DNA of 64,000 nucleotides from Bacillota bacterium (GTDB taxonomy: Bacteria; Bacillota; Clostridia; Oscillospirales; Acutalibacteraceae), in the NCBI GenBank assembly GCA_023416955.1, contig JAEZGM010000038.1:18648-82647 (forward strand). The letters run 5' to 3'. A program made the translations under genes and the position numbers. Positions 17,158-26,478 of this stretch are shown here, piece by piece. Positions within the stretch are counted from its first letter, which is position 1. Every line of letters starts with the position of its first letter. A model generated the notes under the pieces. The model was given only the letters and a program-made list of their open reading frames with translations, was not told where the DNA came from and ran no database searches.

Positions 17158-19341
17158 ATGCAGCGCAAAATAAAAAACAACTACCATATTATTGCCTTGG
17201 CTTTCATTGGAATACTGTCGTTCGGACTGAATTTCTACGCAATCTCCAATTACGGAACGGGCAATGAGTATTACGCGGCGAGCGTTAAAAGCATGACGCA
17301 AAGCTTTTCCAACTTCTTTTTTGTATCGTTTGACCCGGCGGGCATGGTTTCCGTTGACAAACCGCCTCTCGGGCTCTGGATGCAGGCGATTTCAGTACTG
17401 ATTTTCGGGTACCACGGCTGGGCGATGCTGCTGCCGCAGGCATTGGCAGGAACAGCTTCCTGCCTTTTAATTTATGATTTAACAGCAAAATGGTTCGGCA
17501 GACCGGCAGGCCTGATTTCTTCATTGGTTTTCGCCTTAACGCCCGTTGTCGTGGTGGTTTCCCGCAACAACACCATGGATATGCAGCTGATCTTCGTGTT
17601 GCTGCTCTCCACATGGTTTCTGTTCAAGTCCATTGAAAGTGGGAAGCGGTACTGGCTCTTTCTCACCGCGCTGTTTGTCGGGCTTGGCTTCAACATCAAA
17701 ATGCTGCAGGCCTATATGATATTGCCGGCAATTGTCATTACCTATCTTATTTTTGCGAAGGGCAAATTTTCAAAAAAACTTCTTGCGGGTATAATCAGCG
17801 TTGTAATCATGCTGGGTATTTCCTTTTCATGGGTGGTCGCGGTAGAACTGACTCCCTCGACAAACAGACCTTATGTGGACAGCACGAGTACCAACTCAAT
17901 GCTGGAATTGATTACGGGTCATAACGGAACAGAACGCCTGTTTGGTCAGGAAAGCGGCGGATTCGGCGGCGGTTCGCAGTGGGGAGGGACGCGCGACGGT
18001 TCCGGCAGAACTGCGGCCAATTCCGGTGATTCCACGCAGAACAATTCCGCATCCGGAGCAGAAAACGATGCTGTGAGCAGTGCAACGGTTCCGTCGGACA
18101 ATTCCGGTTCAGGTACCCAGCCTGATGGTAATACACCCGGAAATAACCAAGACGGAACACCCCCTCAGATAAACGAAGATAACAATGGAACTGCGCCGCA
18201 GATGCCCGGGAATTCCGACGGAAGCATCGGAGCGCAGTCTGACGGGAACCGCCCTGACTTCAACAGGCAGGGCGGGGCGATGGGCGGAGGCGGAATGGGG
18301 TCATCCGAGATTGGCTCCGCTTCTCCTTTCAGACTATGGAGCTCCAATTTGTACGGTCAAAGCTCCTGGCTTCTGCTTTTTGCACTCTTGAGTATTTTCG
18401 GCTGCTTCAGCAAGGCAGCTTTCCGTAAAAAAGAGATGAACCAGGGCGTTCTCCTTTATTGGGCGCTGTGGTTGGTTACGATGATCGGATTTTTCAGCTT
18501 CGCGGGATTCTATCATCGGTATTATCTCAGCATGATTGCCCCCGCAATCGCGGTGCTCAGCGGCGTCGGCATTGTGACAATGGTTCGCAGTTTCAGACAC
18601 TGGAAGGAAAACCAAGACCGGAAAGGCTACGTTCGTCCGATATTCCTGCTCCTTTCACTGTTTGCAAATATTGCGCTGGAAATCAACTGTGTATTGCGTT
18701 ACGACAATCTGCCGGTCTGGGTGCTGCCCGTAACCATTGCTGCCGCGGCTGTCGGTATACTTTCGGTCATTGTTTTCCTCATCAATCCGAAACGCGCGGC
18801 GCTGATTCTTTCAACGGCGGCGCTGATGGTTTCCGCACTGGCGGCTCCGCTGTATTGGGCGCTGACTCCGGTGCTGTATGTGCCGAACTCAACGATGCCT
18901 TACGCCGGGCCTGAGCTAGCCAGTGGCGGCGGAAATTTTGGCGGCAGTCGGAATGACGGCGAACAGACTTCTTCCAGCGGATTGGAACAGTATCTGGTCA
19001 AGAATTACAAAGAAGGCAGCTTCCTCGTCGTTTCGCAGCGCTCGAGCACGGTTGCGCAGTTTATTATCGATACCGGACTGCCCTGCTACGCTTACGGCGG
19101 TTTCCTCGGTTCAGACAATTCGCTGACGCTGGATCAGTTAAAACAGTATGTATCGGAAGGGAAAATCCGGTATTTCTTAGTGTCCGAACAGGGCGGGGGA
19201 AACAGTAGCTCCGAACTGATCAATTATGTAAAAGAAAATGCAACGCTGATTGATTCGAGCGAATACAGCTCCGGTACGTCGTCCAATTTACAGCGGGGCG
19301 GCATGGGCGGTTCTGCAGGATCACTCTATCTGTTCAAATAA
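17158..19341 (+). CDS. GT39/ArnT-like (PMT_2) membrane glycosyltransferase with a long low-complexity insert
   Basis: The N-terminal multi-TM domain is typical of the family (DKPPLGLW, many TM segments). A roughly 130-aa G/S/N/D-rich segment lies mid-protein. GGAGGG RBS before ATG 17158. Confidence 0.8.
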   Translation: MQRKIKNNYHIIALAFIGILSFGLNFYAISNYGTGNEYYAASVKSMTQSFSNFFFVSFDPAGMVSVDKPPLGLWMQAISVLIFGYHGWAMLLPQALAGTASCLLIYDLTAKWFGRPAGLISSLVFALTPVVVVVSRNNTMDMQLIFVLLLSTWFLFKSIESGKRYWLFLTALFVGLGFNIKMLQAYMILPAIVITYLIFAKGKFSKKLLAGIISVVIMLGISFSWVVAVELTPSTNRPYVDSTSTNSMLELITGHNGTERLFGQESGGFGGGSQWGGTRDGSGRTAANSGDSTQNNSASGAENDAVSSATVPSDNSGSGTQPDGNTPGNNQDGTPPQINEDNNGTAPQMPGNSDGSIGAQSDGNRPDFNRQGGAMGGGGMGSSEIGSASPFRLWSSNLYGQSSWLLLFALLSIFGCFSKAAFRKKEMNQGVLLYWALWLVTMIGFFSFAGFYHRYYLSMIAPAIAVLSGVGIVTMVRSFRHWKENQDRKGYVRPIFLLLSLFANIALEINCVLRYDNLPVWVLPVTIAAAAVGILSVIVFLINPKRAALILSTAALMVSALAAPLYWALTPVLYVPNSTMPYAGPELASGGGNFGGSRNDGEQTSSSGLEQYLVKNYKEGSFLVVSQRSSTVAQFIIDTGLPCYAYGGFLGSDNSLTLDQLKQYVSEGKIRYFLVSEQGGGNSSSELINYVKENATLIDSSEYSSGTSSNLQRGGMGGSAGSLYLFK

Positions 19342-19345
19342 CAAA

Positions 19346-19389
19346 GAAGGTGTTGGCAAATGGATTTTCATCCATTTGCCAACACCTTC
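19346..19389. terminator. Bidirectional terminator between the GT39 gene and ppa
   Basis: GAAGGTGTTGGCAAATGGAT-TTTC-ATCCATTTGCCAACACCTTC is a perfect 20-bp stem flanked by A/T runs. Confidence 0.8.
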
Positions 19390-19402
19390 TTTATGAAGCT
19401 CA

Positions 19403-19933
19403 TTATCTGCAGTATTTTTCCAGATAGGTATCCATGGACTGTTCTATGATTTGCTTTGCTTCCTCGTTGCCTTTCACATCGTCAATTGCGGTGTCTTTGC
19501 CTTCCAGCTGCTTGTAAACCGAAAAGAAATGGGACATTTCGTCGAAAATATGTTTTGGAAGGTCGCTGATGTCACTATAACCGTTGTATGTGGGGTCATT
19601 GAACGGGATCGCAATGATTTTTTCGTCCTTCATGCCGGAATCCACCATCGAAATCACGCCGATCGGGTAGCACCGCACCAGGGACAAAGGCTGGATATCT
19701 TCCGAACAAAGCACAAGAACGTCCAGCGGGTCGTTGTCGCTGGCATATGTGCGCGGGATAAACCCGTAGTTTGCCGGGTAGTGGGTGGATGTATAAAGAA
19801 TACGGTCCAGTATCAGCAGGCCGGTCTCCTTATCCAATTCATATTTTAATTTGCTTCCCTTGGTGATTTCAATTACAGCGCAGAAATCAGTTGGTTTAAT
19901 TCTCTTTGGGGAAATCTCGTGCCAAATGTTCAT
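19403..19933 (-). CDS. ppa: Inorganic pyrophosphatase (family I)
   Basis: 176 aa with motifs YPANYGFIP and DNDPLDVLVL. Confidence 0.92.
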   Translation of the reverse strand: MNIWHEISPKRIKPTDFCAVIEITKGSKLKYELDKETGLLILDRILYTSTHYPANYGFIPRTYASDNDPLDVLVLCSEDIQPLSLVRCYPIGVISMVDSGMKDEKIIAIPFNDPTYNGYSDISDLPKHIFDEMSHFFSVYKQLEGKDTAIDDVKGNEEAKQIIEQSMDTYLEKYCR

Positions 19934-20007
19934 GCTTAACCTCCATGGTGTAATTAGTAATTATTTATTTTTATTATACCTTTTTTTCACCTAACAATCA
20001 AATCATG

Positions 20008-20034
20008 ATAATATTGTCACTCGGGTCATATAAT
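20008..20034 (+). promoter_or_regulatory. Possible mother-cell (sigma-E-like) promoter of ylmC
   Basis: ATA, a 16-nt spacer, then CATATAAT, against the consensus ATA-N16/17-CATACAnT. This is a single weak match. Confidence 0.3.
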
Positions 20035-20052
20035 CTATGAGGAGGTGGAAGC

Positions 20053-20337
20053 ATGGTCTGCAGAATTATTGACATGCGTCATAAGGAAGTAATCAATGTA
20101 AAGGACGGAACCCGCCTTGGCACGGTCTGTGACGTAGAAGTGGATACCACAAACGCTAAAGTCCTTTCCATTGTCATTTACGGCCGGCTGCGCTGCTTCG
20201 GCCTGCTGGGCAGGGAAGATGATATCATCATAAAATGGCAGGATATTCAAATTATTGGTGACGACACTATTCTGGTATGCTATAATACAGTTACACACTC
20301 CAAAAAACGCTCCCGCGGCTTTTTTGGAGGAAATTAA
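20053..20337 (+). CDS. ylmC: YlmC/YmxH-family sporulation protein (PRC-barrel)
   Basis: 94 aa with the family pattern DMRHKEVINVKDGTRLG...D.EVD. GAGGAGGTGG RBS. Confidence 0.8.
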   Translation: MVCRIIDMRHKEVINVKDGTRLGTVCDVEVDTTNAKVLSIVIYGRLRCFGLLGREDDIIIKWQDIQIIGDDTILVCYNTVTHSKKRSRGFFGGN

Positions 20338-20346
20338 GCGGAGGGC

Positions 20347-20375
20347 TTGTATTATATCAATAATTATGATATAAT
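20347..20375 (+). promoter_or_regulatory. Candidate sigma-A promoter of rpsB-tsf
   Basis: TTGTAT (20347-20352), a 17-nt spacer, then TATAAT (20370-20375). The leader is about 100 nt. Confidence 0.55.
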
Positions 20376-20478
20376 GTTCCCCGCAAAACACACGCCGATG
20401 CTATGACGGCTTGGTGCCCTGAAAAGGGTGTTCGTCTGTTTCAGCACGGCGGAGGAAAAACCAAGGAGGATTTATTAA

Positions 20479-21225
20479 ATGGCAGTAGTATCTATGAAAC
20501 AGCTCCTGGAGGCCGGTGTTCACTTCGGTCACCAAACCAGAAGATGGAACCCTAAAATGGCGGAATACATCTTCACAGAACGCAATGGTATTTATATCAT
20601 TGACCTGCAGAAAACAGTTAAGAAACTGGAAGGCGCTTACAATTTCGTGCGTGACCTTTCCATGGACGGCAAACCGGTTCTGTTTGTCGGCACGAAAAAG
20701 CAGGCTCAGGATTCCATTAAGGAAGAAGCCGAACGTGCAGGGGCATATTATGTTAACGCCCGTTGGTTAGGCGGTATGCTCACAAACTTCCGCACCATCC
20801 GCCGCAGAATTGACCGTTTGAATCAGCTGAAGCGTATGGAAGAAGACGGTACTTTTGAGCTTCTGCCGAAGAAGGAAGTTATTAAACTCCGTCTGGAAAT
20901 TGAAAAGCTTGAGAAATTTCTGGGCGGCATTAAGGATATGAAGCAGCTTCCCGGCGCACTGTTCATCGTTGACCCGCGCAAGGAAAGAATTGCTGTTGCC
21001 GAAGCAAAGAAACTGGGTATTCCGATTGTTGCAATTGTCGATACAAACTGTGACCCGGATGAAATTGATTATGTAATCCCCGGTAATGATGATGCGATCC
21101 GTGCTGTAAAGCTTATTTCTGCGACAATGGCGAACGCGATCATCGAAGGCAAAGAAGGCCAGATGGGTGCAGCCGCAGCAGAAGCGGAAGAAGAAAAGGT
21201 AAACGAAGAACAGACTGCTGAATAA
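20479..21225 (+). CDS. rpsB: 30S ribosomal protein S2
   Basis: 248 aa beginning [27 protein letters not shown], which is canonical S2. Confidence 0.97.
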   Translation: MAVVSMKQLLEAGVHFGHQTRRWNPKMAEYIFTERNGIYIIDLQKTVKKLEGAYNFVRDLSMDGKPVLFVGTKKQAQDSIKEEAERAGAYYVNARWLGGMLTNFRTIRRRIDRLNQLKRMEEDGTFELLPKKEVIKLRLEIEKLEKFLGGIKDMKQLPGALFIVDPRKERIAVAEAKKLGIPIVAIVDTNCDPDEIDYVIPGNDDAIRAVKLISATMANAIIEGKEGQMGAAAAEAEEEKVNEEQTAE

Positions 21226-21375
21226 TCAGTCTGTTCATGTTGAACTGAATTTACGCTGACTGTATTCGCGGATTCCGTGTAAGGGTGGCCGGAAGCTTTA
21301 TTTCCGGGCGCCTTTTCGGGTCTGCTTTTATCGGTCAGTTAGATGTTATTGATAAAAGAAGCGGAGGAATAAAGA

Positions 21376-22290
21376 ATGGCTTTTACAGCGAAAGACGTTG
21401 CGGAGCTTCGTGAGAAAACCGGATGCGGCATGATGGACTGCAAAAAGGCTCTTACAGCTTCCGATGGAGATTTTGAAAAAGCAATCGATTATTTAAGAGA
21501 GAAAGGCCTTGCGGCAGCTACCAAGAAGGCGGGACGTATTGCTGCCGAGGGCATCGCATATGCAACCATTAACGAAGCCGGCAATGCCGGTGTTGACATT
21601 GAAGTGAATGCCGAAACAGATTTTGTTGCGAAGAATGCAGATTTCCAGAATTTCGTGGACACCTGTGCACAGACCGTTATTGAGCAGAATCCGGCTGATG
21701 TCGAGGCCCTGCTCAAGTGTACCGCACACGGTACCGATAAGACCGTTGAAGCTCTGCTGACAGAGAAGATTCAGGTTATCGGTGAGAACCTCAAAATCCG
21801 TCGGTTCCAGCGCCTTGACGGCGTTGTCGCCGCTTACATTCACGCAGGCGGAAAGATCGGCGTTCTTGTTAAGTTTGACACAACACCGGAAATTGCCGCG
21901 ACTGAAGAGTTTAAAGAGTACGGCAAAAACATTGCGATGCAGATTGCCGCAATCAGCCCGCAGTACCTGAACCGCGACGCTGTTCCGGCGGAAGTAGTCG
22001 AGCATGAGAAGACCATTCTCACCGAGCAGATCGTCAACGACGGCAAGCCGGCTGCAATTGCTGAAAAGATTGTTGTGGGCAGACTTGGCAAATTCTTTAA
22101 GGACGTTTGCCTTGTTGATCAGGCTTATGTAAAAGACGGCGATCTGTCCGTTCAGCAGTATACCGATGCAACTGCCAAGGCACTTGGCGGTTCCATTAAA
22201 ATTGTTGAATATGTTCGCTTTGAAACAGGCGAGGGGCTTGAGAAGCGCGAAGATAATTTTGCCGATGAAGTCGCCGGCATGATTAAATAA
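21376..22290 (+). CDS. tsf: Translation elongation factor Ts
   Basis: 304 aa. The N-terminal UBA-like segment LREKTGCGMMDCKKAL is canonical EF-Ts. Confidence 0.97.
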   Translation: MAFTAKDVAELREKTGCGMMDCKKALTASDGDFEKAIDYLREKGLAAATKKAGRIAAEGIAYATINEAGNAGVDIEVNAETDFVAKNADFQNFVDTCAQTVIEQNPADVEALLKCTAHGTDKTVEALLTEKIQVIGENLKIRRFQRLDGVVAAYIHAGGKIGVLVKFDTTPEIAATEEFKEYGKNIAMQIAAISPQYLNRDAVPAEVVEHEKTILTEQIVNDGKPAAIAEKIVVGRLGKFFKDVCLVDQAYVKDGDLSVQQYTDATAKALGGSIKIVEYVRFETGEGLEKREDNFADEVAGMIK

Positions 22291-22306
22291 ATTTTGCAAA
22301 TCAGAT

Positions 22307-22336
22307 AGCGCGGGATTTTTCCTGCGCTATTTTTTT
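22307..22336 (+). terminator. Rho-independent terminator after tsf
   Basis: AGCGCGGG-attttt-CCTGCGCT (8 bp including one G-U pair) followed by a T7 run. Confidence 0.7.
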
Positions 22337-22434
22337 GCGCGCATGCCGGATAAATGTTACAAAACTATAAATCTTGCCAATGATAAGTATAATTACGGGC
22401 GAAAGACTTTACTTTACAAGGGCCTTATTGTAAA

Positions 22435-23181
22435 ATGAAAGAAAATAAAACAGGGGTGTTGGATTTGCAACCTAAATATAAACGGGTTCTACTGAAGCTG
22501 AGCGGTGAATCTCTTGCAGGGGCGGACTCACATGGCATTGATTTTGATACGGTGCTCAAAATATGCAAACCGATTCAGGAATGCGCGGATATGGGTGTTG
22601 AAATCGGAATTGTAGTCGGCGGCGGAAACTTCTGGCGCGGACGCAGCAGCGGCAAGATGGACAGAACCAGAGCCGACCACATGGGTATGCTGGCAACAAC
22701 GATCAATGCGCTCGGCGTTGCGGACGCGCTGGAACAGCTCGGTGTGGCAGTTCGCGTGCAGACTGCGATTGCAATGCAGGAAATTGCGGAGCCCTATATC
22801 CGCAACCGTGCCGTGCGCCATCTTGAAAAGGGAAGAGTCGTTGTATTTGGCTGCGGAACCGGAAATCCGTTTTTTTCGACCGATACCGCGGCGGCGCTGC
22901 GTGCGGCGGAAATTGATGCGGATATTATCCTGAAGGCAACAATGGTTGACGGTGTCTACGACAGTGACCCCAAGAAAAATAAGGATGCTGTAAAATTTGA
23001 CACGCTGTCGTTTATGGATGTGCTGAACAAAAACCTGCAGGTTATGGACAGCACCGCTGCTACTATGTGCAAGGACAATAATATCCCGATTTTGGTCTTT
23101 AGCATTGGTGAGCCGGAGAATATCAAGAAAGCCATTTGTGGGGAGTCCATCGGAACGATTGTGAAGGAGGAGCAGGAATGA
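22435..23181 (+). CDS. pyrH: UMP kinase
   Basis: [12 protein letters not shown] and GGGNFWRG motifs. The true start may be a downstream TTG/GTG at 22456-22465. Confidence 0.95.
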   Translation: MKENKTGVLDLQPKYKRVLLKLSGESLAGADSHGIDFDTVLKICKPIQECADMGVEIGIVVGGGNFWRGRSSGKMDRTRADHMGMLATTINALGVADALEQLGVAVRVQTAIAMQEIAEPYIRNRAVRHLEKGRVVVFGCGTGNPFFSTDTAAALRAAEIDADIILKATMVDGVYDSDPKKNKDAVKFDTLSFMDVLNKNLQVMDSTAATMCKDNNIPILVFSIGEPENIKKAICGESIGTIVKEEQE

Positions 23182-23732
23182 AAGAAGTATTTGAACACGC
23201 CGAAGAGCGTATGAAAAAAAGCGTGGGTGCGCTGGCGGAGGAATTCTCCGCCATACGCGCTGGTAGAGCAAATCCCGCCATTCTGGATAAGGTAAAGGTC
23301 GATTACTATGGTACGCCTACCTCCATTAACCAGCTTGCTGCAGTGTCCGTTTCCGAAGCAAGAGTACTGACAATTCAGCCGTGGGATATGTCTGTCTGCC
23401 ATGCGATTGAAAAAGCCATCCAGACTTCTGACATTGGCATTAACCCGCAGAGCGACGGTAAGGTAATAAGATTGACATTTCCTCAGCTTACGGAGGATCG
23501 TCGCCGTGAATTGGTAAAAGATATTAATAAGCTTGCAGAAGAAGCAAAAATCGCGATCCGCAATATTCGCCGTGATGCAATGGATAAACTGAAAACAATG
23601 AAGAAAAACTCGGAATTAACTGAAGATGATCTAAAGCAAGCGGAAAAGAAAACACAGGATCTGACCGATAAATACTGTAAAGAAATTGATGGCCTTTTTG
23701 ATAAAAAACAAAAGGAAATCATGGAAATATAG
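23178..23732 (+). CDS. frr: Ribosome recycling factor
   Basis: 185 aa with the canonical RRF sequence ([15 protein letters not shown]). The ATG overlaps the pyrH stop (ATGA). Confidence 0.95.
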   Translation: MKEVFEHAEERMKKSVGALAEEFSAIRAGRANPAILDKVKVDYYGTPTSINQLAAVSVSEARVLTIQPWDMSVCHAIEKAIQTSDIGINPQSDGKVIRLTFPQLTEDRRRELVKDINKLAEEAKIAIRNIRRDAMDKLKTMKKNSELTEDDLKQAEKKTQDLTDKYCKEIDGLFDKKQKEIMEI

Positions 23733-23741
23733 GAATTAATA

Positions 23742-24449
23742 ATGGAAGAAAGCTTATTGCCTACGCATTTGGGCATTATTATGGACGGCAACGGCCGTTG
23801 GGCCGAAAAGCGCGGCTTGCCGCGTACTGCCGGGCACAAGGCGGGAGCCGATGTGTTTAAAACAATCGTCAGGTATTGCAGTTCCATCGGAATACAATAC
23901 CTGACGATCTATGCATTTTCTACGGAAAATTGGAAGCGTCCCCGTTATGAAGTCGGAATGCTGATTAAGCTTTTTCAGCAATATTTGGAAGAGGCACTGC
24001 GCGACTTCTTTAACGAGAATATTCTGGTTCGCTTTATAGGCGACACGACCGCTTTCCCGGAAAGTTTACAAAGACTGATTAGGGACACGGAGGAGACTTC
24101 AAAGAGTCATACCGGCATGGTTCTGAATATTGCTCTGAATTACGGCGGACGGGCTGAGTTGGCCAGAGCAGCGGCATTGCTTGCTCAGGATGTGAAGAAT
24201 GGTCTTCTGAGTCCCGAACAAGTTACAGAGGAATCACTGGCGGGTAAGCTTTATACCGCAGGTCAGCCGGATCCGGATTTGATTATTCGGCCGAGCGGGG
24301 AAAATCGGACGTCAAATTTTCTATTGTGGCAGGCTGCGTACTCCGAATATGTATTTCTGGACATCCTGTGGCCGGATTTCAAACCCGGTGATTTGGATCG
24401 GGCTCTTGAAGCGTATGCCGGCCGGAACAGGCGCTTTGGAGGAATTTAA
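23742..24449 (+). CDS. uppS: Undecaprenyl-diphosphate synthase (cis-isoprenyl transferase)
   Basis: Motifs HLGIIMDGNGRWA, FSTENWKRP and RTSNFLLWQ. Confidence 0.94.
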   Translation: MEESLLPTHLGIIMDGNGRWAEKRGLPRTAGHKAGADVFKTIVRYCSSIGIQYLTIYAFSTENWKRPRYEVGMLIKLFQQYLEEALRDFFNENILVRFIGDTTAFPESLQRLIRDTEETSKSHTGMVLNIALNYGGRAELARAAALLAQDVKNGLLSPEQVTEESLAGKLYTAGQPDPDLIIRPSGENRTSNFLLWQAAYSEYVFLDILWPDFKPGDLDRALEAYAGRNRRFGGI

Positions 24450-25274
24450 TTGAAAAATCGGATTACCTCGGCAATTACAATCATTCTTTTTTTTGTAGCC
24501 GTCGTTATTTTTAACGGCAGTTTTCCGCTTGCGCTGAATATTGCAATTGCCTTAATATCCGCATTGTCTGTATACGAAATTATCTCGGCGCTTGGACTGT
24601 CGAAAAACTATATTTTGCTGGTACCAAGTCTTGTTTTTTCTATTGCGCTTCCGTTTATTGAACAGCTTCTTATGCTGCAAACCGCATACTTTGCTTATAC
24701 GGTTGTTATGTTCGGTGCGCTGATCGTCTACCATAAGCTTGTCACATTCCGTGAGCTTGGCGTGATCTACAGCATGGCGTTGATGATTCCTACTGCGCTG
24801 CAGACAATTATTGAAATTCGCAGCAGCGGTGGCGCGCACGGTATGTTTTACGTAATTATTGCAATTGCTTCTGCCTGGATTGCGGATACCGGCGCATGGC
24901 TTTTTGGCACTCTGTTCGGAAAGCATAAGCTGTGTCCCAATATCAGCCCTAAAAAAACAGTCGAGGGAGTCATCGGCGGTTTTGTGCTGAATATTGCCGC
25001 GATGCTTCTTTTCGGTTACTTATTTGAAATCGTCTATTATCAGCGGAGCGTGACCGTATCCTTTATCTCCCTCTTAATCATTGCTGTTTGCGGGACGGGA
25101 ACGGCTATTCTGGGTGACTTGAGTTTTTCGTTGATTAAACGCAGCTGTCATATTAAAGATTTCAGTGAAATGATTCCGGGGCACGGCGGTATACTCGACC
25201 GGTTTGACAGCGTTATTTTTACCGCTCCGTTTGTATATTTGCTTGTTCAGGTTATGCCGATTGTAATAAAATGA
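24450..25274 (+). CDS. cdsA: Phosphatidate cytidylyltransferase
   Basis: Multi-TM protein with the C-terminal CdsA signature (SLIKRSCHIKDFSEMIPGHGGILDRFDS). TTG start 7 nt after GGAGGA. Confidence 0.9.
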   Translation: MKNRITSAITIILFFVAVVIFNGSFPLALNIAIALISALSVYEIISALGLSKNYILLVPSLVFSIALPFIEQLLMLQTAYFAYTVVMFGALIVYHKLVTFRELGVIYSMALMIPTALQTIIEIRSSGGAHGMFYVIIAIASAWIADTGAWLFGTLFGKHKLCPNISPKKTVEGVIGGFVLNIAAMLLFGYLFEIVYYQRSVTVSFISLLIIAVCGTGTAILGDLSFSLIKRSCHIKDFSEMIPGHGGILDRFDSVIFTAPFVYLLVQVMPIVIK

Positions 25275-25312
25275 CACATACCTGCAATAATTCGAATAAA
25301 TGGTGAATAATA

Positions 25313-26470
25313 ATGAAGAGATCTATTTCCATATTAGGTTCCACAGGCTCTATCGGTACACAGACTTTGGACGTTGTCCGCGGTTTGAATCTGCGTGTTT
25401 GTGCATTGGCTGCAAATTCCAATATTGCCCTGCTGGAAAACCAAATCAGGGAGTTCAAACCGCAACTCGTTGCGGTTTTTGACTTAAATGCGGCAAAAAA
25501 TCTGAAGCTGGCCGTCTCAGACATGCCGGTGAAGATTGTGCAGGGCATGGATGGCCTGTGCGAAGCCGCAGCTTATCAGGCTGCCGATGCCGTATTAAAC
25601 TCTGTCGTCGGCATGGTCGGATTGAAGCCGACGCTGGCAGCCATTCACGCAAAAAAAGATGTTGCGCTGGCAAACAAAGAAACACTGGTGGCCGGCGGAG
25701 CACTGGTAATGCATGCTGCAAAGGAATACGGCGTAAACATTTTGCCGGTGGACAGCGAACACTCCGCTGTTTTCCAATGCCTGCAGGGCTGCCCGGGTAA
25801 AGGAGCGCTCAAGCGTATTATTCTGACGGCTTCCGGCGGGCCTTTCTTCGGCAAAACCCGTGAGGAGCTGGAATGTGTCACACCGGAACAGGCTCTCAGG
25901 CACCCGAACTGGAACATGGGCGCAAAGGTTACGATTGACTCCGCGACCATGATGAACAAAGGGCTTGAAATTATGGAGGCTCGCTGGCTGTTCGATGTTG
26001 ACCCGTCAAACATTGACGTTGTCGTGCACCGCGAAAGCGTCGTGCACTCTATGATAGAATATCAGGACAATTCTGTGATTGCCCAGCTTGGTGTGCCGGA
26101 CATGAGAATTCCCATTCAATACGCGCTGACATGGCCGGAAAGGATGCCCTCCCCGGTAAAGCAGTTGAGTCTTACGCAGTACGGAAACTTATCTTTTTAT
26201 GAACCTGACGAAAAAACATTCGAGTGTCTTGCCGTTTGTAAAGAAGCAATCCGGCGCGGCGGCTTGGCGCCTGCGGCGGCAAACGGCGCGAACGAAGCCG
26301 CGGTAAAGTTGTTTTTGGAAAATAAAATTTCGTTTACCGATATCGGCAGGCTGGTTCGAACCGCAATGGAAAATCAACCGGATGCAGTCGTTGCGTCCGT
26401 TGATGATATACTAAATACCGACCAAATCGCGCGTGACACTGTCATGCGGTTGGCCGGAATGATGAGGTGA
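25313..26470 (+). CDS. dxr: 1-deoxy-D-xylulose-5-phosphate reductoisomerase
   Basis: ILGSTGSIGTQTLDV NADPH motif plus LANKE and SEHSA motifs. Confidence 0.95.
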   Translation: MKRSISILGSTGSIGTQTLDVVRGLNLRVCALAANSNIALLENQIREFKPQLVAVFDLNAAKNLKLAVSDMPVKIVQGMDGLCEAAAYQAADAVLNSVVGMVGLKPTLAAIHAKKDVALANKETLVAGGALVMHAAKEYGVNILPVDSEHSAVFQCLQGCPGKGALKRIILTASGGPFFGKTREELECVTPEQALRHPNWNMGAKVTIDSATMMNKGLEIMEARWLFDVDPSNIDVVVHRESVVHSMIEYQDNSVIAQLGVPDMRIPIQYALTWPERMPSPVKQLSLTQYGNLSFYEPDEKTFECLAVCKEAIRRGGLAPAAANGANEAAVKLFLENKISFTDIGRLVRTAMENQPDAVVASVDDILNTDQIARDTVMRLAGMMR

Positions 26471-26478
26471 TTTAAATT

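Noticed and set aside
21493-23271. Long minus-strand ORFs antisense to tsf (21493-22299, 268 aa) and pyrH (22528-23271, 247 aa). Similar cases lie at 16624-17301, 29018-29638, 31103-31906, 37289-37849, 39305-39997 (+), 42586-43176, 45241-45849, 52535-53251 and 63284-63781.
   Set aside because: Each lies fully inside a confidently identified gene on the opposite strand and has low-complexity, Arg-rich composition. I read them as shadow ORFs.
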